A stretch of 63,838 nt of DNA, counting the filler, from a bacterium (GTDB lineage Bacteria; UBA9089; CG2-30-40-21; SBAY01): NCBI GenBank assembly GCA_040757115.1. It is 15 parts of 15 records of this genome, joined end to end, with 100 filler letters (N's around TTAATTAATTAA, not from the genome) between each part and the next. Parts side by side here need not be neighbours in the genome. Positions count along the whole stretch, not along the records: positions 1 to 2,853 come from JBFLYA010000363.1; positions 2,954 to 5,797 come from JBFLYA010000364.1; positions 5,898 to 8,710 come from JBFLYA010000365.1; positions 8,811 to 11,620 come from JBFLYA010000366.1; 11 more parts are not named here. The stretch is one strand, 5' to 3'. This document shows, piece by piece, positions 1 to 10,706 of the stretch. Positions within the stretch are counted from its first letter, which is position 1; the number at the start of each line of letters is the position of its first letter. A program made the position numbers and the translations under genes. The notes below the pieces were generated by a model that saw nothing but the letters and a program-made list of their open reading frames with translations, had not been told where the DNA came from and ran no database searches.

Positions 1-8
1 ATTCACTT

Positions 9-113
9 GTATCCGAACATACTATTTTTGTGCCTTTTTAGGGATATAAGTCAAGAAAAATATTTTTAAAAAAACTTAATTTTTTACTTGACATTTCACC
101 ATAAGACTTTGTG
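9..113. repeat. Dispersed repeat at contig end, reverse complement of 53274-53378
   Basis: Near-identical sequence seen at both positions; contains back-to-back TTGAC motifs. Confidence 0.85.
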
Positions 114-430
114 CCCACTCCCTGTGGGCATGACTGTTTCCCCTGAAAATAGCGAATTAGTGAATTAGAGATTAGCGAATTAGTATAGTATCCACAGACT
201 CGTATCCTCTGGTTTAGAACACATATTCCCCCTTAATAAAGGGGGTTAGGGGGTTGTCCTTCTCCCATTTTCATTGCCCTTTGTGAGCCTTGGTTCATGT
301 CCGTTTCCCCTGAAAATAGACCAAAGACTAAAGACCAAAAGAGCCGACGGTCGCAAGTATATTCCCCCTTAATAAAGGGGCTCTTCTTTAATTCATGAAC
401 TCTTGGCTCCTCATAACAGGTTTCACGCTC

Positions 431-580
431 TTAGAAAAAGGTATAACTTATGGCTATCAATATCCCTAAAAGAATTACTCCCAGAATCAGGCTTGAGGCA
501 ATAAGTTTTTTTTCTGCAGGAAGTAATGGCTCATATTCCATTTTCTGCATTTCTTCTGAAATTTTAAGTTCTTCTGCCAT
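431..580 (-). CDS. 49-aa small membrane protein downstream of the YeiH-like transporter (not in ORF track)
   Basis: Manual translation MAEELKISEEMQKMEYEPLLPAEKKLIASSLILGVILLGILIAISYTFF*; GAGG RBS; single C-terminal TM helix. Confidence 0.75.
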   Translation of the reverse strand: MAEELKISEEMQKMEYEPLLPAEKKLIASSLILGVILLGILIAISYTFF

Positions 581-649
581 TTTAAAACACCTCGTTTAGA
601 TTTTTAGCCACTGAACTCACTGAATTTCAAACAATATTCTCTTCATCCT

Positions 650-2101
650 CTATATTACTGGCGGTTTTATGCCATGGAAAAATATCCAGGAGATAAATAG
701 TCCGACCCAGATGATAAAACCAAAAAGACAGAGGACATAGACGGCAGTTAATTTCCCTATCCCTTCTTGCCAGAGTTGTCTGAAATTCGAGACTGCACCG
801 ATGGAAAAGAATGTCATCGCAAAGAATAGCTTGCGAAAGACATCACATTGTTCTGTTGTTTCTTTTAAGCCAGGGATAAGACCTGATGAAATAAGGCATA
901 GTGCTAACATAACTAAGAATGTGACGCAATAACCAATCACAAATTTGGGAAACCTATGCCACATTTCAATAGGTTTAACCTTTTCACCTGGTTTTTTCTC
1001 TATGGCATATACCCAGACCAGTGCCAGAATAAATGCCCAAATACCAATAAAGATATCGATAAATATCTTGGTGGTAGTAGAGGTCATAAGTATCCAGCCT
1101 TCTTTATAATTAATACCTTGCAAGGCTAATACTTTCGCTCGGATAAAAGAATCGGTGATAGCACCACTGGCTACTGCCGCACCATCAGTTTTAACCGCTA
1201 ATCCCATCCAGGCACCGGCAACCATTGGCTCTTTGTACAGAAATATCTGACTAAGAAAAGGTAAGAGTATCAATTCAATCACCGCAAAGACAACCACTAA
1301 TGAGGAAACCATAATTGCTACCCTGGGTTTAGCTTTAATAGCCGCTCCGGTAGCTATAGCGGCTGAGACACCACAAATAGATATTCCTGAGGCAAGTGGT
1401 GCCACCCATTCTCGGCTGAATTTGAAATATTTTCGGGCAATAAAATAAACTACCGCCCAATAGATGAGATATGCCTCTACAATCGCACAAAAACCACGAA
1501 AGATAACACTGGTGGCTAACCCTAATGCCTCAACTGCCTTCACACCTAATCCTGCTCCTAAAATAACTATTGCTGTCTTAATATACCATTCTGGTTTAAT
1601 TCCTTCTTTAAGAGCATTTGTTACCTGGGGAAAGAAATTCCCAATGCACAATCCTACCAGAAGTGCGATAATAAGCCCTGCCTCACCGGTAAGATTACAT
1701 GACCACCCAATCCCAAATTTCTGAAGTTGGTCAGGGGTAGCGGCAATGTAGGCATAATGACCAAGCGTCCAACAGACAAAACTTATCCCAAAAACTATGG
1801 TAAAACTCAAGATAAATTTTTTAAGAGACACACCTAATCCCATAGCTCCAATAGTCATAATGACTAATAAAAATAGGTAGGTCAAGACTAAAGAAATTAT
1901 TGGAGGCATTTCTGTATATGTTTTGGAAACCGCGGCAAAACTCTTACCCAAATCCATCCAGACACTATTTTTCACTACCCAGCCCAAAACATCTGTCCCA
2001 CAACAAACTTTTAATAGCCCCAGACAAAATATGAAAAGCCCCAACCATACTGCTAACCAGTCTTCATTACTAAAAAGTGTATTTTTTGTTTTCCCTTCCA
2101 T
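650..2101 (-). CDS. Putative sulfate exporter family (YeiH-like) membrane transporter
   Basis: Multi-TM protein with the SICGVSAAIA motif typical of the family; TTGACA-17-TAATAT promoter at 2290-2262. Confidence 0.85.
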   Translation of the reverse strand: MEGKTKNTLFSNEDWLAVWLGLFIFCLGLLKVCCGTDVLGWVVKNSVWMDLGKSFAAVSKTYTEMPPIISLVLTYLFLLVIMTIGAMGLGVSLKKFILSFTIVFGISFVCWTLGHYAYIAATPDQLQKFGIGWSCNLTGEAGLIIALLVGLCIGNFFPQVTNALKEGIKPEWYIKTAIVILGAGLGVKAVEALGLATSVIFRGFCAIVEAYLIYWAVVYFIARKYFKFSREWVAPLASGISICGVSAAIATGAAIKAKPRVAIMVSSLVVVFAVIELILLPFLSQIFLYKEPMVAGAWMGLAVKTDGAAVASGAITDSFIRAKVLALQGINYKEGWILMTSTTTKIFIDIFIGIWAFILALVWVYAIEKKPGEKVKPIEMWHRFPKFVIGYCVTFLVMLALCLISSGLIPGLKETTEQCDVFRKLFFAMTFFSIGAVSNFRQLWQEGIGKLTAVYVLCLFGFIIWVGLFISWIFFHGIKPPVI

Positions 2102-2351
2102 TTTTTTACTCCTATTAGTTTATGTTCCGTTCAATTTTGACCTATTTTCCACCTGTGCAATTAGAAATAAAAGGATAATATTTTGTTCCTTTATTTCTAC
2201 CTGCACAGGTCGAGATTTTTTAATAGGAACTCGATAGGCAGGTAATATAGGGTTTTGAAAAATATTACCATAGTGTTAAACAAATGTCAACAATTATTTC
2301 TCGACTTAAAAAAATTAATTGCATTTTATTTATTAATATGATATAATATTT

Positions 2352-2628
2352 GTAACTGTTCAGGTGGTAATTTACCGCAGAGACGCAGAGGAACAGAGAA
2401 GACATAGAAATAAATCAGATAACAGAAAAGATTATTGGTGCAGACATGGAAACACATAGGGCATGGTGACCAGATTTGTTAATCAATCCCTGATTTTCAT
2501 CAGGGCAAGTTTAATGTTGGTGTACTCAAGAGCTTGCCTTGAGGAAAAAGAGGGACGGATTTAAGCGTATCGTCCATAGATTTTAATTTTTTTCTCTGCG
2601 TCTCTGTGTCTCTGCGGTGAACGGTTAC
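2352..2628 (+). mobile_element. MITE with IS66-type ends carrying a decayed GxxExxY gene
   Basis: GTAACTGTTCA...TGAACGGTTAC ends; 8-bp direct repeat TAATATTT on both flanks; internal remnant reads EINQITEKIIGA. Confidence 0.85.
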
Positions 2629-2784
2629 TAATATTTTTTGATAATTACTCACCGCAGAGGACGCAGAGAAGATGAATATAAATGAATTAACTGGATTATT
2701 AGATATCTAATGGATGGTATCAGGAGCAAAATTCCTGATGAAGTAGTGGAGGCAGACTATAAGAATTTTAAAGAAGGTAGAGAT

Positions 2785-2853
2785 ATGGATATAAAAAGGG
2801 TTAATAAATTAATTACCATTATGGAAGAGGAAAACCTATCAGAAGTAGAGATA
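2785..2853 (+). CDS. accB: Biotin carboxyl carrier protein N-terminus (cut by contig end)
   Basis: MDIKRVNKLITIMEEENLSEVEI matches the AccB N-terminal pattern. Confidence 0.6.
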
Positions 2854-2953
2854 NNNNNNNNNNNNNNNNNNNNNNNNNNNNNNNNNNNNNNNNNNNNTTA
2901 ATTAATTAANNNNNNNNNNNNNNNNNNNNNNNNNNNNNNNNNNNNNNNNNNNN
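2854..2953. other. Artificial contig spacer (also 5798-5897, 8711-8810, 11621-11720, 14530-14629, 17417-17516, 42300-42399, 45157-45256, 48010-48109, 50709-50808, 53379-53478, 56029-56128, 58669-58768, 61295-61394)
   Basis: N44-TTAATTAATTAA-N44, a six-frame stop linker, repeated identically 14 times. Confidence 0.98.
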
Positions 2954-2954
2954 T

Positions 2955-4298
2955 ATTCGCAGATTGTTAATGGAGTTAGTAAATATTGGTAAAGCAGGCG
3001 TACCAACATTAATAAAAGTAATTAAGGATAGAAGAAAAAACTGGCAGTTTCGAGCACTTATTATTTATGTGATAGTAGAGGAGATAAAAGATGATAGAAT
3101 AATTGAGCACTTAATAGAAATAGTGAATGATGAAAAGGAAGATATAGTAGTTCGTAACGAAATAGTTGGTTTATTGAATGAGAAATTCGGTAAGAACTTT
3201 CCAAATATTAAGATTTCAGATAAAGAGAAGGGAAAAATTGAGAAGGAAGTAAAGAAAGCAATTAATAGTATAGACAAGAAATGTAAGTTGATGATGAAAA
3301 ATGATATAGATGATGTGTTAGTAAGTTTGATAATAGATGGAGAGATCGGGAGATTAATAAGAATTGGTAAACCTGGCATACCATTCATGATAGGAGTAAT
3401 TAAGGATAAGAAAAAACATTGGTACTGTAGAATCAGGGTGTTTATAACAGGTTGTATTATAGGAGATAAGAGGGTAATTAAACCACTAATGGAAATATTA
3501 GAGGATAAGAGTGATGATAGTAGGGTTCGATCTGAGGCAGCATATAGATTGGCTAAAAATAATCTTGTTGGAGCTGAATATTTACTTGGGATACTAAAAG
3601 ATGAAAGTGATACCTGTGTTCGAATTGAGATATTAAGAGGATTAGGAACATGTCTAAGGGATAAGAAGGCAATAGATGCATTAGTAGAGGCATTAGATGA
3701 TGAGAATGAGATAGTTGCCGCAATATCCGTAGATGGATTAGGTTTTATTGGCGGGGAAAAGGTAGTAGAACCGCTAATAAATGCACTAAAGAATAATAGA
3801 CATACTTTGGTTCGAGCTCGTGCAGCGGAGGCTTTAGGTAGGACAAAGAGTAAGAGGGCAATTGAACCGTTGATAGAAAATTTGAAGAAGGGTGATATGT
3901 GGGCGGCTGATGCATTGGGAGAATTAGGTAAAGAGATGAAAGGTAATGATAGGGATAGGATTGTGAAGGCGTTGATTGAAGGATTAGAAATATACAAAAT
4001 AAATCTAGATAGTTTAAGCTGGGATATTGCTGCAAAAGCCTTAGGTAAAATAGGTGATAAAAGAGCAGTTGAACCATTGATAGAAGCTTTATGGGCAACA
4101 AAAGGTAGTTCAGACAGTTGGTTGATAATAAACGCGTTAGGTGAAATAGGCGATAAAAGGGCAATCGAACCTTTAGAAAAAGCATTACAAGATGAAAGAT
4201 ATAAGAATGCAATAATTAATATATTAGGTGCCTTATCACAACTTACGGGTGAAGATTATAAAAGCTTAAAGGCTAAATATAAAGTTTTAAGGAGGTAG
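2955..4298 (+). CDS. HEAT/PBS-lyase repeat protein (5' truncated)
   Basis: Repeated VRxxAAxALGxIGDKRAVEPLIEAL motifs; frame open to the contig start. Confidence 0.9.
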   Translation: MRRLLMELVNIGKAGVPTLIKVIKDRRKNWQFRALIIYVIVEEIKDDRIIEHLIEIVNDEKEDIVVRNEIVGLLNEKFGKNFPNIKISDKEKGKIEKEVKKAINSIDKKCKLMMKNDIDDVLVSLIIDGEIGRLIRIGKPGIPFMIGVIKDKKKHWYCRIRVFITGCIIGDKRVIKPLMEILEDKSDDSRVRSEAAYRLAKNNLVGAEYLLGILKDESDTCVRIEILRGLGTCLRDKKAIDALVEALDDENEIVAAISVDGLGFIGGEKVVEPLINALKNNRHTLVRARAAEALGRTKSKRAIEPLIENLKKGDMWAADALGELGKEMKGNDRDRIVKALIEGLEIYKINLDSLSWDIAAKALGKIGDKRAVEPLIEALWATKGSSDSWLIINALGEIGDKRAIEPLEKALQDERYKNAIINILGALSQLTGEDYKSLKAKYKVLRR

Positions 4299-4303
4299 AG
4301 ACT

Positions 4304-5797
4304 ATGTATAAGTCAGGTAAAGCTCAAATATTAGGATTAGCTATGTTTGTGATGTTAGTAAGTGTAGGGAGTTTATATGCTGGAAAAGGGCCAGATTGCG
4401 AGATGGGGGATGCTGTGTTTAGGCATAAAACAGAAGAGGCTTTGTTAGGTGTGGGATTCCATCATGCGGGAATTTATTTCTGTTCTCACTCAAAAGGTGA
4501 TGAGGTCTATGTTGAAACAACTCCTCCATATTACATCAATATTACAGATTCTGACATCCAACATAGTGTAATTGAGGCAGTTGGGTATAATGGAACACTG
4601 AGCTGTCAGCCATTTATTAAGTCTTATATTAATTTCCCAGGGGGTTACAAGGGTGGATATAATAGTGGTGATTTAACTGCTCGCAAACGCAGACAGATCA
4701 TTGCCACTGCTTGGGAACAGAAAGGGAAAAAATATGTTACTGGTAACCCTGAAAAAGAAGAGAAACCTGAAGATATAAAGAAACCAGGTGCATCTTTCCG
4801 TTGTGATGGACTTGTGGAATATTGTTATGAAGTGATTGGATATGAAGGTGAGACTGCAAAGGGCAATCGATGTATGGGATTCTTTGGTGATGGAAGAATG
4901 GGTGAAGAGAATGAAGAGAAGAATTGCTGGCTTTCTGGACTACCAGGGGCCCTTAAAGCTTTATGGGCAGCTTTTTTTGTCAAAAAAGATGCCTTCTACC
5001 CAAAAAGTTTAATGGTAAGGATGGCAAAAGTAGGTGGAAAACAGGTTGGTAAACCACCAGAAGTAACTGAGTTTAAGGTATATGATAAGAATGGTAAGGA
5101 AGTAAAACAGTGTAGTTTTGTAAGTGGCAAGCTTACAATAAAGGCAAAAGTTACAGATGGTAATGGTGGTTCAGGGATAGATAGAGTGGAGTTTTATTGG
5201 AGTCTGTCTGATTTAGTAGAGAAAAAAATTGGAACCAATGATGGGGATGCTGATGTAGGTACCATATCTACATGTGAATGGGAGCCGGGTTTGGCTTTTG
5301 CATTTTCTAAGTTGTATGTGAAAACATACGATAGAGCTGGTAACAAAACAGAAAAAGGTAGAAGATTCTGGCTTGGCTCACCTTACCATGTAGAAGAGCC
5401 CTTTGAAGTCATCATCGACAATGAGCCCCCACAGGTAGCCAGCACTAAACCGGCTAATGGCCAAACCAAGGTTTATCTTGGTAACCGCATTCGCATTACA
5501 TTCTCAGAGGAGATGGGGACAGAGACAATTAATGAGAATACAATTCTACTTAATAATGGTGCTGTTGTTGGTTCTGTAAGCTATAACCCGGACATCAGAA
5601 GTGCATTTTTTACACCAACACAACCACTAAATATTGGCACTAATTATACTATTTTAGTCAAAAGTGGCGAAACTGGGGTAAAGGATTTGGCTGGTAATCC
5701 ATTAGAGGTAGATTACACATCTTCCTTTACTACCGTAACTGATTTAATACCAGGTAAGGTCATAGAGGTGCCGGTATGTTACACCGATGAAAGCGGG
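4304..5797 (+). CDS. Secreted protein: permuted papain-like (YiiX/YebB-type NlpC/P60) domain plus Ig-like and SbsA/Big_5 domains (3' truncated)
   Basis: Signal peptide; GDAVFR...HHAGIY...FRCDGLVEYCY (His before Cys); PPQVASTKPANG...ITFSEEM...DLAGNPL. Confidence 0.7.
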
Positions 5798-5897
5798 NNN
5801 NNNNNNNNNNNNNNNNNNNNNNNNNNNNNNNNNNNNNNNNNTTAATTAATTAANNNNNNNNNNNNNNNNNNNNNNNNNNNNNNNNNNNNNNNNNNNN

Positions 5898-8710
5898 AAT
5901 GCTCCAATACTTACCTGGACAGGTGAGTCGGGATTTACATCTGATGCAGTTGACCCTGATTATGGCACAGTAAATGTAACTTTATTTACTTATAAAGTTC
6001 GATATTATGATGCGGATGGGAATCCACCAAAATATGTTCACCTGTGGATATATAAAGATGGGAAAAGCATTTTTGGTAGTCCCTTTCCAATGGGGTTTGT
6101 TCCGACGAGTGGAAATTTAGCCGATGGAGATTATTATGCTAACATTAGTTTTACAGAGTCAGGAAATTACACTTATTTGATAGAGGCAAAAGAGAAACCT
6201 GGAATCAATCTTAATCCTTTAGAGATAGGGAGTGAGTCACCATCTGCAAAAACGGCTACTTTAGAAGCAATTGGAGAGCCGAGTTTGGTCGGGGAATTTT
6301 CCCCTTCACAAGTTGATATATTTGCTGATTTAGGGGAAGATGAGTTAATTATGGTAGACTGGACAGATGGAGTTTCTGCGGTCGGACCTGCGACTTTAGA
6401 GATGGTTGGACCAATAATTGGTCAGGCACCAGTATTAAGCTGGACTGGTGAACCTGATTACGAAGGAGGTGGAGTTTATCCGACAAGTACTTCACCATCG
6501 GGTTATTATACTTATCGGATAAAATATCAAGACCCGGATGGTGATGCCCCGGATAAAGGGTATGTCTATGTAAAGATTTATCGGGATGGGAAGTTATATT
6601 ATCCAGAGCCAATTGCGATACCGAAGGTTTCCGGTGACCCTGTGAATGGTCAGATACATTCGTTATCATATCCACTAACTCAGAGTGGCAACTATACTTG
6701 TCTATTTGAGGCAAAGGATATAGATGGAATTCCAGCCGAAGGAACACCTACATTTACCTTCACGGTAGGTCCAATAATCGCTAATCCACCCGTATTGAGC
6801 TGGACTGGTGAACCTAACTACCAGGAAGGTGGAGTTTATCCGATAAGTACTTCTCCACATAATCTTTATACTTATCGGATAAAATATCAAGATCCCGCAG
6901 GTAACCAGCCATATGGCAATAGGGTATATGTAAAGGTTTATAGAGAGGGAAACTTACTCAATACACTTCCAATGTCCTATGTTTCCGGTAACCCTCAGAC
7001 TGGTCAGATACATTCGGTGCAATATCCACTGACTCTCGAAGGCATTTATACATATATATTTGAGGCAAAGAATATAAATGGAGTTTCAGCTGAAGGCACA
7101 CCAACCGTTACCTTGATGGTTGGACCAATAATTGGTCAGCCACCAGTATTAAGTTGGGCAGGAATTAGTGATTATGTGTATGATGGTATTGAACCAGAAA
7201 CAGGTAAATCTGGAGATACATTTACTTATCTGGTAAAATATACCGATGATGATAATGACCCACCATTAGCTGGCTATCCATTACTGTATGTTTTTAGAGG
7301 TGATAATGAAGCCGTGCCCGGTAGCCCTTATGTGATGGACCATAATGACCCATTAGATATAACTTATACAGATGGTAAGTTATATAAGAAAGAATTATCA
7401 TTACGCTTAACGGGCACAGACTATAAATATAGATTTGAGGTAAAGGATATAAAGGGAGTTTCATCAGTTTATCCTCAATCTCAGGCAATGGGAACAAAGA
7501 CAGGACCTACAATAAGTAATCCACCGGTATTAAGTTTTATTTCACAAACACCTTATAATGGCACGAGCGGCGTGGATATTCAAACTGGTGCAAAACCCAA
7601 AGTAGTTACCTTTAAAGTGATATATCAAGATATTGATGGAGATTGTCCGTCGCCTACCGATAATGTAAGAGTATATATCCGTCGAAATGGAGCGGGGTAT
7701 CCTTATGAGGGTATATATTATTCGATGCTGTATAAAGTTCCTATTGATTATGTTAAGGGAGTAGAATATTATAGTGTTATCAATTTACCTTATTCGGGGA
7801 CATACACATATCGTTTTGCGGCAAAAGATAGAAATGGAGTATTAGCCCCTGGAACACCGACTCAAGAATATATTGGGCCTATATTGACCGGGGTTGATGC
7901 TCCTGTCGCACCGCTCTTGTTATGGACAGGTGAAAGGAACTATCTGTATGATGGGTTAGACCCAGAACAAGGTGAGCCAAATAGCACTATATTTACCTAT
8001 AGAGTAAAATATAGTGATGGGAATAATGAGGCACCATTAGACGGATATCCACGGGTAAAAATTAAGACCACAGGAGGAACAGAGACAATCTTACCGTTAA
8101 CCAGAGTAAGTCCAGCAACGGTTACTTATGCGGCGGGTGTCCTATATGAAACAAGGACTACTTTACCTGCACCTACAGGTATCTATACCTATCAATTTGA
8201 AGCAAAAGATATAACAGGATTGACAGCTGGTGGTGCAGGGATTCAAGTGAAGATAGCACCTACTGTTAATAGTGCACCAGTATTATCTAATGGTACGGTG
8301 AATCCAACTAATGGTAATGTAAGCACCCTGTATACTTTCTCAGTTAAATATCAAGATTCAGAAGGGACTGTGCCTCATTCTGGCTATCCGAAGGTTCATA
8401 TATTAATTGGTGGAGTAGATATTCCAGGAAGTCCAATTATACTACCTTATCATGATGGAGGAAATATTAGTTCTGGTAGGGTATATTCTAATCCTCTAAT
8501 ACTTTCATATAATAACTCAAATTATTCCTACTATTTTGAAGCAATGGATATATATCGGAAGATGGCAACACCTACTTCTACTAATGATGGTCCTGTAGTT
8601 ACTGGTGGAGGTAATTGTGGACCAGAATTATTATGGGTAGGGACAGGTGGTTATGTCTCTGATGGATTAGAGCCGGAAATGGGAACAAGAGGAACTATCT
8701 TTACCTTCAA
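5898..8710 (+). CDS. Large extracellular protein fragment with tandem ~120-aa beta-rich repeats
   Basis: Frame open at both contig ends; repeated PVLSWTGE...GVxP...FTYRIKYQDxDGD.P...YTYxFEAKD units. Confidence 0.85.
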
Positions 8711-8810
8711 NNNNNNNNNNNNNNNNNNNNNNNNNNNNNNNNNNNNNNNNNNNNTTAATTAATTAANNNNNNNNNNNNNNNNNNNNNNNNNNNNNNNNNN
8801 NNNNNNNNNN

Positions 8811-8926
8811 AAACAACAAATTTCCATAAATTTCTATTAGTTTCTATTAATTTCAATTTTTTTAATAATATCTCCCTATCTCCTTAATCTCCACATCTCC
8901 TTTTGTTACACCACCTGAACGCTTAC
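8811..8926 (-). mobile_element. End of high-copy ~240-bp IS66-type-ended MITE
   Basis: Ends CTGAACGCTTAC; same sequence as 53479-53620 and reverse complement of 55869-56028. Confidence 0.8.
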
Positions 8927-9041
8927 CCTTTTTTAACCGCAAAGAACGCAAAGAAATCGACCGCAAAGAACGCAAAGATTAAAGGAGAAAAGAATCATAG
9001 AAAATTCACGAAACTCCAGTAGAAGCCTCTCCCCTTTTTAC

Positions 9042-10688
9042 TCACCTACTTGCCGATTTCAGGTTTATTGCTTCTTGATACGGAGTGATTTCGATTTTTC
9101 CGCCTTTAGCGGTAAAGGTTACATATTTATATTCCTCAAAGGTATGGAGGATGGCGTTATGGATAGAGATTTTTACACCAGGATAAATGATGTTGAGTAT
9201 GGCTATTCTTCCACCGCTATCAAAAGATGTTCTTTTTTGTAATGTGGTTATTTTTTCCGTTGCCTCGCGTAATTTTTCGATTAATAAATCCTGGGCTTTA
9301 AGATGGGTGGTTAATAATTCCTCTTTTCCTTCAGGTAGGTGACCATTAGTAGATGCTTTTAAGTTAAGTAATGTTTTTATGCCTAATTTTAGTTCCTGGA
9401 ATTTTTTCTTATCTTCAGCAATCTCGTAGGCTAAACGGTGGATTTCTTCGCGAGATTGTGGGTCTAATCCTACTTCTAACTCAGTTGGGACTTCAGTCCA
9501 TGCCCCGATAGCTTTAGCTCGTATCTCTACGCCGGCACGAACTCTACCACCAAGGATTACACCTAATCTCCCTGTTAGAATAACTTTATGTTTAGCATTG
9601 ATGTAGCTATGGACAATAGATTCACTGACAATGACATCGTGATGGGAATCTATTTTACTGTGTTCTATGAATTTAGCGGATACATCCCCCAATGCGTAGA
9701 GATGAGCCTCATTTTTTCCTAAAATTCCATTTCCGACATTAATGTTTCTGCCAGCCTTAATGTGTGCATTTTCTATACAACCAGCGATAAATATATCTCC
9801 ACCTGCCTTGACACTAAACCCACCTAAGACATCTCCATTAATCACAACCGTTCCTGGAAAATCGATATTTCCGGTGGAATAATCTACATTTCCATTGATA
9901 TTATAGACCGGGTCTATATTAATTTTATCTTTGTCAAATATCAGTCGTCCAGAAATGCTTGCTTTCAATTCTAATCCATCTGGCGAAACCTCTATGTTTT
10001 TCCCTTGAGGAAAAGGGACATCTTTACCTGGTTGTGGGGGTATTAATCTGCTGGTAACCGTAATTCCTGGTTTGCCGGAAGTCGCTTTAGTTTTAACTGC
10101 AATTACTTCGTTTTGCTGGACAATATCAATTGGGCACATCTGTTTAAAATCTACCTTTCCAGCAACTTCTTCAAATTTAATCTCTTTTTGTTTTTTAAAT
10201 TTAAAGGTTATTTCTGCATCTTTTCCATTTTCTGGCGGGATACCTTCTGCGACTAAAAACACCCTGTTAAATTCCTCTCTCTTTAAAACCCCGGCTAATT
10301 TATCCTCCTGTATTCCATAGACTACCTTTTGTTTAGCCAGTTCTTCAAGAATACTTTTAATGGTGATTACTTTTCCTCCTTCAGGTGGATAGAGAATGGT
10401 TAAATAGGCTTTTAATTCATCCTCACTAATTTCGACTAAGAGTATATCAACGACTGATTCAACTCGATATTCGCCAATCCTTACTGAGACACCATTGCTT
10501 AGTTTTACAGCCTCCGTAATTGCCTCGAAGTCAACATCTTTTATCCGCTCATTATCTTTAACTTGAATTAAAACTTCTTCTAAATCAACTCTTTTCCCTT
10601 CACCCAGTGGTGGATAGACCGTTAAATAAACACCCGTAGGCACTGAGGCGATTTTAAAATAACCATCGACATCATAAGGTCGTTTCAT
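9042..10688 (-). CDS. Flagellar assembly protein A (FapA/DUF342)
   Basis: GNVDYSTGNIDFPGTVVINGDV beta-helix signature; follows fliA. Confidence 0.9.
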   Translation of the reverse strand: MKRPYDVDGYFKIASVPTGVYLTVYPPLGEGKRVDLEEVLIQVKDNERIKDVDFEAITEAVKLSNGVSVRIGEYRVESVVDILLVEISEDELKAYLTILYPPEGGKVITIKSILEELAKQKVVYGIQEDKLAGVLKREEFNRVFLVAEGIPPENGKDAEITFKFKKQKEIKFEEVAGKVDFKQMCPIDIVQQNEVIAVKTKATSGKPGITVTSRLIPPQPGKDVPFPQGKNIEVSPDGLELKASISGRLIFDKDKINIDPVYNINGNVDYSTGNIDFPGTVVINGDVLGGFSVKAGGDIFIAGCIENAHIKAGRNINVGNGILGKNEAHLYALGDVSAKFIEHSKIDSHHDVIVSESIVHSYINAKHKVILTGRLGVILGGRVRAGVEIRAKAIGAWTEVPTELEVGLDPQSREEIHRLAYEIAEDKKKFQELKLGIKTLLNLKASTNGHLPEGKEELLTTHLKAQDLLIEKLREATEKITTLQKRTSFDSGGRIAILNIIYPGVKISIHNAILHTFEEYKYVTFTAKGGKIEITPYQEAINLKSASR

Positions 10689-10706
10689 TGGTTCTCCTCT
10701 GACTTT

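Noticed and set aside
2149-2212. Long hairpin upstream of the transporter as a riboswitch
   Set aside because: No recognisable aptamer consensus; the ACCTGTGCA/TGCACAGGT arms recur elsewhere (14761, 29583), suggesting a dispersed palindrome.
2854-2953. Regularly repeated TTAATTAATTAA motif within N runs
   Set aside because: Artificial contig linker; ORFs running into it are truncated and genes on either side are not neighbours.
3065-4212. Long antisense ORFs (310 aa and 155 aa) and similar shadow ORFs elsewhere
   Set aside because: They mirror well-supported genes on the opposite strand and have no recognisable motifs.
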